This document shows positions 37,673 to 45,950 of a stretch of 64,000 bases of DNA, one piece after another. A model generated the notes under the pieces. The model was not told the DNA's origin, searched no databases, and saw only the letters and a program-made list of their open reading frames with translations. The translations under genes were made by a program, and so were the position numbers. The stretch lies in sequence record NC_025447.1, one strand, 5' to 3'. Positions within the stretch are counted from its first letter, which is position 1. Every line of letters begins with the position of its first letter.

Positions 37673-37861
37673 ATGGCTAAACAACCTAAGAAACAAGAAC
37701 CAGTAGCAAAAGTTAAGAAAGAGAAAGTTATTCAATCCAAAGAACAACGTATGTACGAACAACGTAAGAGTGAAACCCTATCCGGTCTACAAGCTCTACG
37801 CAAGCAAGGTGTACTAACTCGTGCACAGTACCGTGAACTAGTAGCTCAGAAAGGTTTTTGA
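37673..37861 (+). CDS. small basic protein
   Basis: 62 aa, AAGGAG RBS. Confidence 0.75.
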   Translation: MAKQPKKQEPVAKVKKEKVIQSKEQRMYEQRKSETLSGLQALRKQGVLTRAQYRELVAQKGF

Positions 37862-37965
37862 TTCATTTGAAGCAATATTGTGGAGTTCTTAATAAATACT
37901 TTTATAAGAATAATAATACTTTTTATTAAATTAAAAAGAACTCCATGTGTTATTTCAGTTTTTCG

Positions 37966-37991
37966 TCCCTGTCTTTTGGCAGGGATTTTTT
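37966..37991 (+). terminator. intrinsic terminator
   Basis: TCCCTGTC-tttt-GGCAGGGA plus T run. Confidence 0.8.
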
Positions 37992-38087
37992 ATATCTATA
38001 TCTTGACAAAAGGAACAAATCATGAGAACATGTATTAAAGGAAGAATGACTTTCCATTAGGTTATTTTAACTTAAAGGAGATTTCAT

Positions 38088-38645
38088 ATGTTTTTTGACC
38101 AAACATTTACGTTGTATCACGATTCTGGTAAAGTTGAGATTGTAGACGATCTACTTCAATACATTGCTGACCATCAAGGGATAGATCGTTTCCACAGTAA
38201 GATGAAATTTGATTTAGCAGAATTCAACAAAAAGAATCGTGAAACTTTTTGGAAGAACCGTTTCTATTACGAAATGTTCCCAGAAGAGTTTGTGGGTTAT
38301 TATCTTTGTACTGAAAAAGGATTACTTGTATCTCCTGATTTACTTATGGGTGAATACATGATACTCTATAATGAGTACTGGGAACATAAACGTAAAGCTC
38401 GTGATACGGAATGGCGACATAAGCGTTCGTATATGTACAAACATAACCACTCCCGATACAAGCGTCCTAAGACTCAACAAGAGCGTCGTATGGCTTGTGC
38501 AGTACTGAAGGATGAGGGGGAACCTGATATACGTGGAAGACGTAAGATGCGTTCATTACCATCGTATTGGGACGATATCAGAACAAGACATAGTACTGGC
38601 TGGAAATACAGTACTAAACGTAAACATCAATACAAAGGGAGCTAA
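38088..38645 (+). CDS. hypothetical protein with basic C-terminal motif
   Basis: RRKMRSLPSYWDD...WKYSTKRKHQYK; AAGGAG RBS. Confidence 0.75.
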   Translation: MFFDQTFTLYHDSGKVEIVDDLLQYIADHQGIDRFHSKMKFDLAEFNKKNRETFWKNRFYYEMFPEEFVGYYLCTEKGLLVSPDLLMGEYMILYNEYWEHKRKARDTEWRHKRSYMYKHNHSRYKRPKTQQERRMACAVLKDEGEPDIRGRRKMRSLPSYWDDIRTRHSTGWKYSTKRKHQYKGS

Positions 38646-38663
38646 TGCTCCCTAATTTTATAG

Positions 38664-39002
38664 GTGAACTTTATGAACAAAATTGACGTTACTGTAGTGA
38701 TTGGTTATATTGAAATTGAACCGTGTGGCATTGATACCTTTATTGACACTCTTAATAAGTATCGTGCTGAATATAACGGTCACATTAGTCTTTCACCAGA
38801 CAGTGGTTACGGCGGTTTTCATGGATACAATGTAATTTGGACCAGAGAAGAAACTGACGAAGAATATAATACACGAATTGAAGCTGAATCTAAAAGATGT
38901 GAAGAAATTGAACGTCAAGAAATGAAACACTTAATGAACAAGAAATCATTAAGTACCGAAGAGAAATCTAAACTGCTAAAATACATCAAGGATTACATGT
39001 AA
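38664..39002 (+). CDS. hypothetical protein
   Basis: 112 aa. Confidence 0.65.
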   Translation: MNFMNKIDVTVVIGYIEIEPCGIDTFIDTLNKYRAEYNGHISLSPDSGYGGFHGYNVIWTREETDEEYNTRIEAESKRCEEIERQEMKHLMNKKSLSTEEKSKLLKYIKDYM

Positions 39003-39649
39003 TGAAAAATGTAACTCAAGAAAAGATTCTGTACCTTGCAAAGTACAATGGTGGTTTCAATATCATTAGCCGTGAGTACAGTGGTAATTTGGCTAAGTTG
39101 ATTGACAGTTTGTTAGAATTTGATTTCATTAAATGGGAAACTAATGAACTTTGGTACGAATATGCTGGTCAGAAATGGGAAAGTGATTATGATAATGCAA
39201 TACATTCATACACTATCACCAAAGCAGGTGAAGTTCGATTAGCCATTATGCGTTGTGCATATACTTACAAAAATCATAAAGGTGAAGAAAAACATATTCG
39301 CAGAAATGAAGAGCTATTACTTCTTATGGAAGCAGCAAAAGTTACAATGCATGATTTGTTCCACCACCCACGTTGGTATGAAAATCTAACAAAAGCAGAG
39401 TACAAAGCTTTACGTTACATTGATGAACAAAACAACACGGTTCAACAAGAACATGCTGAGGATGGTGAACTATCCATCAGAAATGTATTTGAGACTACCA
39501 ATACTGAAAGTATTACTGAAATTTCAGTGCAAATGGCTATCAAAGCTATGGAACTATTCAAAACACAATACGATGGTGTTAATTCAGATGAAGTAGAGCG
39601 TGAGTTCATTACGCGAGTACAAATTGCATTACATAAATCAAAAAAGTAG
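39002..39649 (+). CDS. hypothetical protein
   Basis: 215 aa. Confidence 0.7.
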   Translation: MKNVTQEKILYLAKYNGGFNIISREYSGNLAKLIDSLLEFDFIKWETNELWYEYAGQKWESDYDNAIHSYTITKAGEVRLAIMRCAYTYKNHKGEEKHIRRNEELLLLMEAAKVTMHDLFHHPRWYENLTKAEYKALRYIDEQNNTVQQEHAEDGELSIRNVFETTNTESITEISVQMAIKAMELFKTQYDGVNSDEVEREFITRVQIALHKSKK

Positions 39650-39838
39650 GTTCATATGAAATTTTTACTTGTACTAATCGCAGTTCTTATGGTATTATCT
39701 TGTTCAGTTAGTAATGGTTCATACATTTACGTATCAGTATTTGAAGAAGCTCCCGACAACTGTGTATTAACTCACACTGGAATTGTGTTAGTTAATGGTA
39801 AACCATCAATCGAGTACTTATGTATAGGTGATTAAATT

Positions 39839-40069
39839 ATGAAATTATTATATATTTTTATTATTTCTTCTATTGTATTTCTGAGTGGATGTGCTCCTAA
39901 AGTTGATGAGATGGATGCTGAAATCATCCGTCAAGGTTTAACAAAACTAAATCATCAAGGAACACTATACGCATGTCATACTATGCGTCATGGGCAAGAT
40001 CTTAACCTCATGTGCAGGAAGATTGTGAATCGCAAACGTCTTAATACTGTTCCGAAGGATGCACAATGA
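39839..40069 (+). CDS. putative lipoprotein
   Basis: lipobox FLSG-C after a hydrophobic leader. Confidence 0.65.
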   Translation: MKLLYIFIISSIVFLSGCAPKVDEMDAEIIRQGLTKLNHQGTLYACHTMRHGQDLNLMCRKIVNRKRLNTVPKDAQ

Positions 40070-40232
40070 AAGAAGTAATTGACTACAAATGTAAAAATTG
40101 TGGCAAAGATAAGGGTAAGCATTCAGTACAAGGAATGGCTTGCCCGAATCCAGGTCGTGGTAATTTCAGAGGGTTCAGTACTGAAAAGTCTTACGAACCG
40201 GATCATACCAAACCTGTAATGGGTTATAAATT

Positions 40233-40592
40233 ATGAGTGATTATGTAGCATTTCTTCATCGCTTTGGAGAAGCTAAAGAAAAACATATTATCCGTATGCC
40301 ATTATATGGTGAAAAAGACTGGTACAAAAGTACTATCAGTGTAGGTGCATTTCGTGACCGTGAAGCTGGATTCTTTCTGGGTAAGCAACATGAACGAGAG
40401 GTACTTTGCTCACTTTGGCGTTTAGATGAATGGGATAGTGAGAACGTAAGAACTGCTGAATCAATGATGGCTATTGTTGGTATTGCGAACTATCAGCACC
40501 CATATGATCTATTACCTACATTTGAACATGCTTCTTTGTTTGACTTTTACAAAGCAGTAGGGTATGATTATAAAAAGAAACGTTACGTTTAA
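40233..40592 (+). CDS. hypothetical protein
   Basis: 119 aa. Confidence 0.7.
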   Translation: MSDYVAFLHRFGEAKEKHIIRMPLYGEKDWYKSTISVGAFRDREAGFFLGKQHEREVLCSLWRLDEWDSENVRTAESMMAIVGIANYQHPYDLLPTFEHASLFDFYKAVGYDYKKKRYV

Positions 40593-40596
40593 CATC

Positions 40597-40624
40597 AGTA
40601 CTGCCATCGTGTGCAGTACTTTTT
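40597..40624 (+). terminator. probable terminator
   Basis: AGTACTGC-catcgtgt-GCAGTACT-tttt. Confidence 0.55.
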
Positions 40625-40638
40625 AATTGGAGATTACT

Positions 40639-41253
40639 ATGACTACATCGGAAAAGTACTGGTGGATTTTGGGTCATCCTAAATTCATAAACAAAGATAT
40701 GGTTCCAGCTAGGATTGATATTGAACCTCATGATGTGTGTCCAATGACAAATCGAATTGAAGATTTCAAAGCATTGAATACAAAGACTCAATTTTGGGTA
40801 GAATTTCTTTCACCAATGTATATTGAGCAAGACGACGAATGGGTACAAGCACATGATTATCAATTGGATTGTGGTGGTGATACGTATGAAGAGGCCATTG
40901 ATGAATTATACAAAAATGTGCTAAGAACATATGGTGATTATACCCAACAGGAAGCAGATGATAAATTTCATAAAATACATTCATTCAATGCATCACAATC
41001 AATATATAATCCCGCTAAAACAGTTTGGGAGGAACGACACAGTTGGAGTTCATGTGTAATCGATGAAGAAACCAAAGAAAAAATTATCGATGACATAAAA
41101 AATTTAAAAAATACAATCCAAGCCTTGCGTGCATTCATAAAGTCTTGTACAATAGAAGAACAGCAAGAGGCAAAGATACATTTGGAGAGTGAAGAATGTA
41201 AACTTTGGGTTCTAGAAAAATCACTTGAAAAGGGTATAGACTTAGACTTATGA
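40639..41253 (+). CDS. hypothetical protein
   Basis: GGAG RBS. Confidence 0.7.
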   Translation: MTTSEKYWWILGHPKFINKDMVPARIDIEPHDVCPMTNRIEDFKALNTKTQFWVEFLSPMYIEQDDEWVQAHDYQLDCGGDTYEEAIDELYKNVLRTYGDYTQQEADDKFHKIHSFNASQSIYNPAKTVWEERHSWSSCVIDEETKEKIIDDIKNLKNTIQALRAFIKSCTIEEQQEAKIHLESEECKLWVLEKSLEKGIDLDL

Positions 41254-41618
41254 ATAGTAAATTGGAGAAACTTGTTGAAGAATTACGCCGGATGCCACCT
41301 ATTGAGCAAGTAGGGAACTACAAGCGGTATCGTGTGATTGCTCGTGCACTGGATAAAAAAGGTCGAGTACTGGCAACCCGCACAAATTCTTATACACAGA
41401 CACATCCAGTACAGAAAGGTTTTGCAATTCGTGCTGGACGTCCACAAGGTGAATTTCTCCATGCTGAAATTTCTTGCTTATTAGCTGCACGTGCTGATGT
41501 TCATACTTTACTGATTGCACGGATAAGTAAAGATGGTATTCCTGTACCTGCTAAACCATGTGAAATTTGCACATTAGCAATTATGGAATACGGGGTTAAG
41601 GAAATTATCCACACATGA
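41250..41618 (+). CDS. CMP/dCMP-type zinc deaminase-fold protein
   Basis: LHAEIS and KPCEIC zinc motifs. Confidence 0.8.
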   Translation: MNSKLEKLVEELRRMPPIEQVGNYKRYRVIARALDKKGRVLATRTNSYTQTHPVQKGFAIRAGRPQGEFLHAEISCLLAARADVHTLLIARISKDGIPVPAKPCEICTLAIMEYGVKEIIHT

Positions 41619-41839
41619 AGAAAATCGAGCGTTATACAAACCATACTGTTGTAGTTGAAAATGATATATTTTATTATTATATTTTCAGACCTATACATTG
41701 TTGCCAAATAACAACATTCAATAGTGGAAGGTTTTATGACAAGAACTTTCACATTACTGAGTTAGCAAAATATTCCAGTACTGAACACTTTAGTAATCTA
41801 GTATATGTGTACTGTATACCAAACCCAAATAATAAGTAG
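41615..41839 (+). CDS. hypothetical protein
   Basis: 74 aa, ATGA overlap. Confidence 0.55.
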   Translation: MKKIERYTNHTVVVENDIFYYYIFRPIHCCQITTFNSGRFYDKNFHITELAKYSSTEHFSNLVYVYCIPNPNNK

Positions 41840-41848
41840 GAGATTAAA

Positions 41849-42208
41849 ATGGCTAAAACTATTTCTTTAAAAAATGAAAATGTAGGACAACGCAAAGATG
41901 GTTTCTTTGGATTCTCATGGACAACATTATTCTTTGGACCGTTCCCTGCATTGTTTCGTGGTGACTTTATTACGTTCATCGGTGCATTTGTAATTTACTT
42001 CATCCTCAACGCAGTGTCATTTTGGATTGTGGGTACAATTGCAATGGTCGTGTGGGCATTTCTTTACAATAAGTACTACACAGTGAATCTCATTAAGAAT
42101 GGGTATAAATTCAATGGCACACATGAAGAAAATGCTGAAGCTGCAATGGCTTTACAAATTGATTTGAATAAAAACAACACAGTTGATAAAAACAAAGATC
42201 CAGAATAA
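41849..42208 (+). CDS. membrane protein (HrgC/DUF2628-like)
   Basis: GFSWTTLFFGPFPALFRGD, YNK.Y...L...GY. Confidence 0.65.
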   Translation: MAKTISLKNENVGQRKDGFFGFSWTTLFFGPFPALFRGDFITFIGAFVIYFILNAVSFWIVGTIAMVVWAFLYNKYYTVNLIKNGYKFNGTHEENAEAAMALQIDLNKNNTVDKNKDPE

Positions 42209-43022
42209 ATGGAAAAATATGACATAATTTACGATTATTATGGTAAGGCTTATATGAAGTGTGGGCGTTATGTTGAACTCTCTAATAGAGAATCAATAGA
42301 TCCCCACACTCTTATAACAATTCATAATTCGTACTATAAAAAAGTTACAATAGCTAATTTCGCTACATACGTGAATAATCCATTATTTCCTTACATTATT
42401 CAGTACTACTGTCGAGTTATAAAATAAGGTAAAAAAATGTTAGCCGATGATTTTATGTCTCTAAGTACCAAGATATTTGATATATTAGGAGATGAAATAG
42501 ATTTCCACCTAAATGATACAACTATACCGTTCGAAGATGGTGGTTATTTTTTTGCATTTGGTTATAAGTACAATGTTGATTTCTCAATTCCGATTCCTGA
42601 TGGAAGTGATTATACATCATCAACATATTTTGAATTTCAGTTCAACGGACACAAAGAGCGTTTACTAACATATAGACGTAAAGGTAATTTCAGTAGACCA
42701 GAGATTATATTAATGGATATTGAAAAACGAATAGAAATTGCAAAGAATAATCCATTCTTCAGTTCTTATGCGTTAAACCAACTTATTGAACTATTTGATG
42801 GCTATCCAGACAGAATACGAGGGTCGTTACGTATCAATGCAGAATGAAATCTTTAAAAAAGAATACGATGGTGAAAGTCTCTATGATATTCAGAGAGATG
42901 TGCATGAAGCCTTCGATTCAAGATTTAACCCATTAGCTGAACAAATCCCACAAGATGAGTTTGGTTTTCAAGAAGGGACGTTCACAGTAACTATTACATG
43001 GAGTCCAGATGAGACTAGCTAA
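42209..43022 (+). other. three small hypothetical CDSs (42209-42427, 42437-42847, 42837-43022)
   Basis: coupled ORFs with the usual codon style. Confidence 0.6.
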
Positions 43023-43123
43023 ACTTGTCATAGGTTGCAGTGCACTTGCTGCATATATGCTTTTTTCCGCACCAACCAATGTATTACTGCTAATTTGGGC
43101 AGTTGTTATATTAGCAGTACTTT

Positions 43124-43147
43124 AAAAGCACCCTTGTGGTGCTTTTT
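43124..43147 (+). terminator. intrinsic terminator
   Basis: AAAAGCACC-cttgt-GGTGCTTTT. Confidence 0.75.
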
Positions 43148-43182
43148 CTATTTGTGCAAATAAAAAGCAATGTGACTTTTCC

Positions 43183-43224
43183 TTGATATAGGTCAAGAGA
43201 AATAACCTGTTCTGACGCTATAAT
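43183..43224 (+). promoter_or_regulatory. putative FNR-activated class II promoter of nrdD
   Basis: TTGAT-atag-GTCAA (43183-43196) and TATAAT (43219-43224); box centre at -41.5. Confidence 0.65.
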
Positions 43225-43285
43225 GTTGTCTGGTGATATTAAATATCTTCACCCCCAGATGATTTCAAAATACAAGGAATGTACA

Positions 43286-45091
43286 ATGCAATTAGATAAA
43301 TTATATACCGATGTAACAAATTTCCTAAATCAGAGTAATACTGATCTTACTAATGAAAACGCTAATAAAGATGCAAAATGCGTCAATACACATAGAGATT
43401 TACTAGCAGGTATTCTATCTAAGCATTATTCACAAGATGTTATTCCCACCGAGTTAATGCAATGGCATAATGATGGATATGGTCATATTCATGATTTAGA
43501 TTACTATATTAGCCCATTGACCAATTGTTGCTTGGTTAACTATCCTGATATGCTTAAAAACGGCTTCACTATTGGTTGTGCTAAAATTGAAGAACCAAAA
43601 AGTTTCAGTGTAGCTTGCACAGTACTGACACAAATTGTCCAAGCTGTTGCCAGTTCCCAGTATGGTGGTCAATCTTTGGCTCACATTGATGTCGGATTAG
43701 AACCTTACGTTCAAAAGTCATGGGATAAGCTGTTAGAAAAACAAAAGAAATATAATCTAAGTGATGAATTCATTGAAGAAGAACTACGTAAAGAAGTGTA
43801 TGATGGCTGCCAAACATTACTTTACCAAACTAATTCAATGATTAGTACTAATGGTCAAGCTGCATTTATTTCTCTTAGTTTAGGTCTTAACACTTCTAAA
43901 TTTGGCAAATTAATCACTGAACAGTACTTAAAAGTCCATGAGAATGGTTTAGGTAAAGATAAGATTACTCCAGTGTTTCCTAAAGTAATTTTCTTTTTAC
44001 AAGATGGTATAAACATGAATACCAACGATAGTAATTATGACCTTAAACAGTTAGCTATGCGTTGTGCATCAAAACGAATCTACCCTGACTTTGTTTCAGT
44101 ACCATTAAATCACAAAGTGACTGGAAGTAGTAGTACTGCTGTAACACCGATGGGCTGTCGTTCATTCTTAGGAAAATGGGAAGATTCAAATGGAAATGAA
44201 CAATACAACGGTCGTTTCAATTTAGGTGTGGTTTCTATCAATTTACCTCTAATTGCTCTTGAGAGTACTTCTGACGGAGAGTTTTTTGATAAGATAGACG
44301 AGCATATGAATATTGCATATCGTGCTCAGATGAACCGCGTAGAGCGTTTAAAAGGCACTAAAGCAAAGCAAAATCCAATTTTGTTCATGGAAGGTGCATT
44401 AGCACGTTTAGGTGCAGAAGAAACCATTGACAAGCTATTTTACAATGGTTATGCTAGTATTAGTATTGGTTATGTTGGACTTGTTGAATGTTCAGAAATC
44501 CTCACTGGTTCTATCAGTAAGGAGTTTTGTATGTCAGTACTGAATTATATGAAAGTAAAATGCGATGAGTTCAAAAAAGAGAGTAATATAGCTTTTAGTC
44601 TATATGGAACTCCAGCAGAGTCACTTTGTTATAAATTTGCACGTTGTATTGAAGCAAAATATCCTTCAGTACTAAAACGTGATTACATCACAAATTCCTT
44701 CCATCAACCAGTATGGGTAGAAAGTTCTCCATTTGATAAATGGAGTTATGAAGAAGGCTTTGCTTACCTAAGTAACGGTGGAAACATCAGTTATGTTGAA
44801 TCTCCAAACTTAGCAAACAACATTCAAGCACTTGAAACATTAGTTAACTATGCTTACACGAAGATACCATATTTTGGTATTAACCAACCAGTTGACCATT
44901 GTTATGAATGTGGCTTCCAGGGTGAGTTCAGTGTAGATAAACATGGTTTCCACTGTCCGGTATGTGATAATCGTAATGAGAAGACAATCTCAGTGATTCG
45001 TCGTGTTTCTGGTTACTTGGGTAATCCTTCTTCGCGTGGATTCAATAAAGGCAAACAACAAGAGTGTTGTGAGCGTATTCAGCACAAATAA
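43286..45091 (+). CDS. nrdD: anaerobic (class III) ribonucleoside-triphosphate reductase
   Basis: HIHDLDY, TNCC, QYGGQ, YPD, PMGCRS, NLGVVSINLP, YGTPAESL, CxxC..CPVC, RRVSGYL glycyl motif; no ATP cone; AAGGA RBS before ATG 43286. Confidence 0.97.
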   Translation: MQLDKLYTDVTNFLNQSNTDLTNENANKDAKCVNTHRDLLAGILSKHYSQDVIPTELMQWHNDGYGHIHDLDYYISPLTNCCLVNYPDMLKNGFTIGCAKIEEPKSFSVACTVLTQIVQAVASSQYGGQSLAHIDVGLEPYVQKSWDKLLEKQKKYNLSDEFIEEELRKEVYDGCQTLLYQTNSMISTNGQAAFISLSLGLNTSKFGKLITEQYLKVHENGLGKDKITPVFPKVIFFLQDGINMNTNDSNYDLKQLAMRCASKRIYPDFVSVPLNHKVTGSSSTAVTPMGCRSFLGKWEDSNGNEQYNGRFNLGVVSINLPLIALESTSDGEFFDKIDEHMNIAYRAQMNRVERLKGTKAKQNPILFMEGALARLGAEETIDKLFYNGYASISIGYVGLVECSEILTGSISKEFCMSVLNYMKVKCDEFKKESNIAFSLYGTPAESLCYKFARCIEAKYPSVLKRDYITNSFHQPVWVESSPFDKWSYEEGFAYLSNGGNISYVESPNLANNIQALETLVNYAYTKIPYFGINQPVDHCYECGFQGEFSVDKHGFHCPVCDNRNEKTISVIRRVSGYLGNPSSRGFNKGKQQECCERIQHK

Positions 45092-45099
45092 GGTAAATT

Positions 45100-45432
45100 A
45101 TGGATTTAAAGCCAATTGTGGTTAACAAATACAAAGAACCGTATGATGTGTATATTGGACGTGGGTCTAAATGGGGAAACCCATTTACCCATATTAAAGA
45201 TAAACAAACTAAAGCCGAATTCATTGTTAGTACAAGAGAAGAATCAATTGAAAAATTCAGAGAATACATTATTGAACGTATTTCTTGTGGAGAAGTTAAG
45301 ATTGATGAATTACTTGAACTCGCAGGGAAACGCCTTGGTTGTTTCTGTAAACCCAAATCATGTCACGGCGATGTTCTTGTCGAAATAGTGAGTGCAATAT
45401 TAGATGAATTACCAGACGATAATCAAGGATGA
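45100..45432 (+). CDS. DUF4326 family protein
   Basis: YDVYIGRGSKWGNPF, LAGKRLGCFCKPKSCHGDVL. Confidence 0.85.
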   Translation: MDLKPIVVNKYKEPYDVYIGRGSKWGNPFTHIKDKQTKAEFIVSTREESIEKFREYIIERISCGEVKIDELLELAGKRLGCFCKPKSCHGDVLVEIVSAILDELPDDNQG

Positions 45433-45874
45433 TTTAGTAAATGGAGAGGGCGTTCGCTGCTCTTTATTTGTTAGTGGGTGTTCGCACGGATGTGATGGTT
45501 GCTTCAATGAAGAAGCATGGGACTACCGAAGTGGACAAGAGTTCAGTACTGAAACAGTTGAGATTATACTACAGGAACTAAAAAAACCATATGTTAGTGG
45601 TTTGTCACTTCTAGGCGGCGATCCATTAATGAAAAAGAATATAGATGAAGTTTTAAATCTATGCAAAGTAGTTAAAGAAACTTATCCTAGTAAAACTATT
45701 TGGTGCTGGAGTGGGTATACTTTAGATGAGATTATGAAAAATCATGCTAAAGATATACTTCAGTACTTAGATGTATTAGTTGATGGTAAGTTTATCGAGT
45801 CCGAAAAGAATTTAAAATTACCTTTCCGTGGTTCAAATAATCAAAGAATACTATATAAAAATAAAGATTTTTAA
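45404..45874 (+). CDS. nrdG: anaerobic RNR activase (radical SAM)
   Basis: DLVNGEGVRCSLFVSGCSHGCDGCFN, LLGGDP, DVLVDGKF, FRGSNNQRI. Confidence 0.96.
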   Translation: MNYQTIIKDDLVNGEGVRCSLFVSGCSHGCDGCFNEEAWDYRSGQEFSTETVEIILQELKKPYVSGLSLLGGDPLMKKNIDEVLNLCKVVKETYPSKTIWCWSGYTLDEIMKNHAKDILQYLDVLVDGKFIESEKNLKLPFRGSNNQRILYKNKDF

Positions 45875-45877
45875 CAT

Positions 45878-45900
45878 AAGCACCCGTTGGGTGCTTTTTT
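45878..45900 (+). terminator. intrinsic terminator
   Basis: AAGCACCC-gtt-GGGTGCTT plus T run. Confidence 0.8.
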
Positions 45901-45908
45901 GTTATGTA

Positions 45909-45916
45909 TATAAATA
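45909..45916 (+). promoter_or_regulatory. T4-type late promoter
   Basis: TATAAATA 35 nt upstream of a structural-type gene. Confidence 0.65.
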
Positions 45917-45950
45917 CATTAACTAATATCTAATTTATAAGGGATATATA

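Noticed and set aside
38003-38031. TTGACA promoter before 38088
   Set aside because: -10 at 17 bp is GAACAT, too poor to support
43171-43186. CRP site upstream of nrdD
   Set aside because: only the TGTGA half matches; the second half is part of the FNR box
43223-43285. Longer N-terminus for NrdD as given in the track
   Set aside because: its ATG overlaps the -10 box; the AAGGA-preceded ATG at 43286 is the better start
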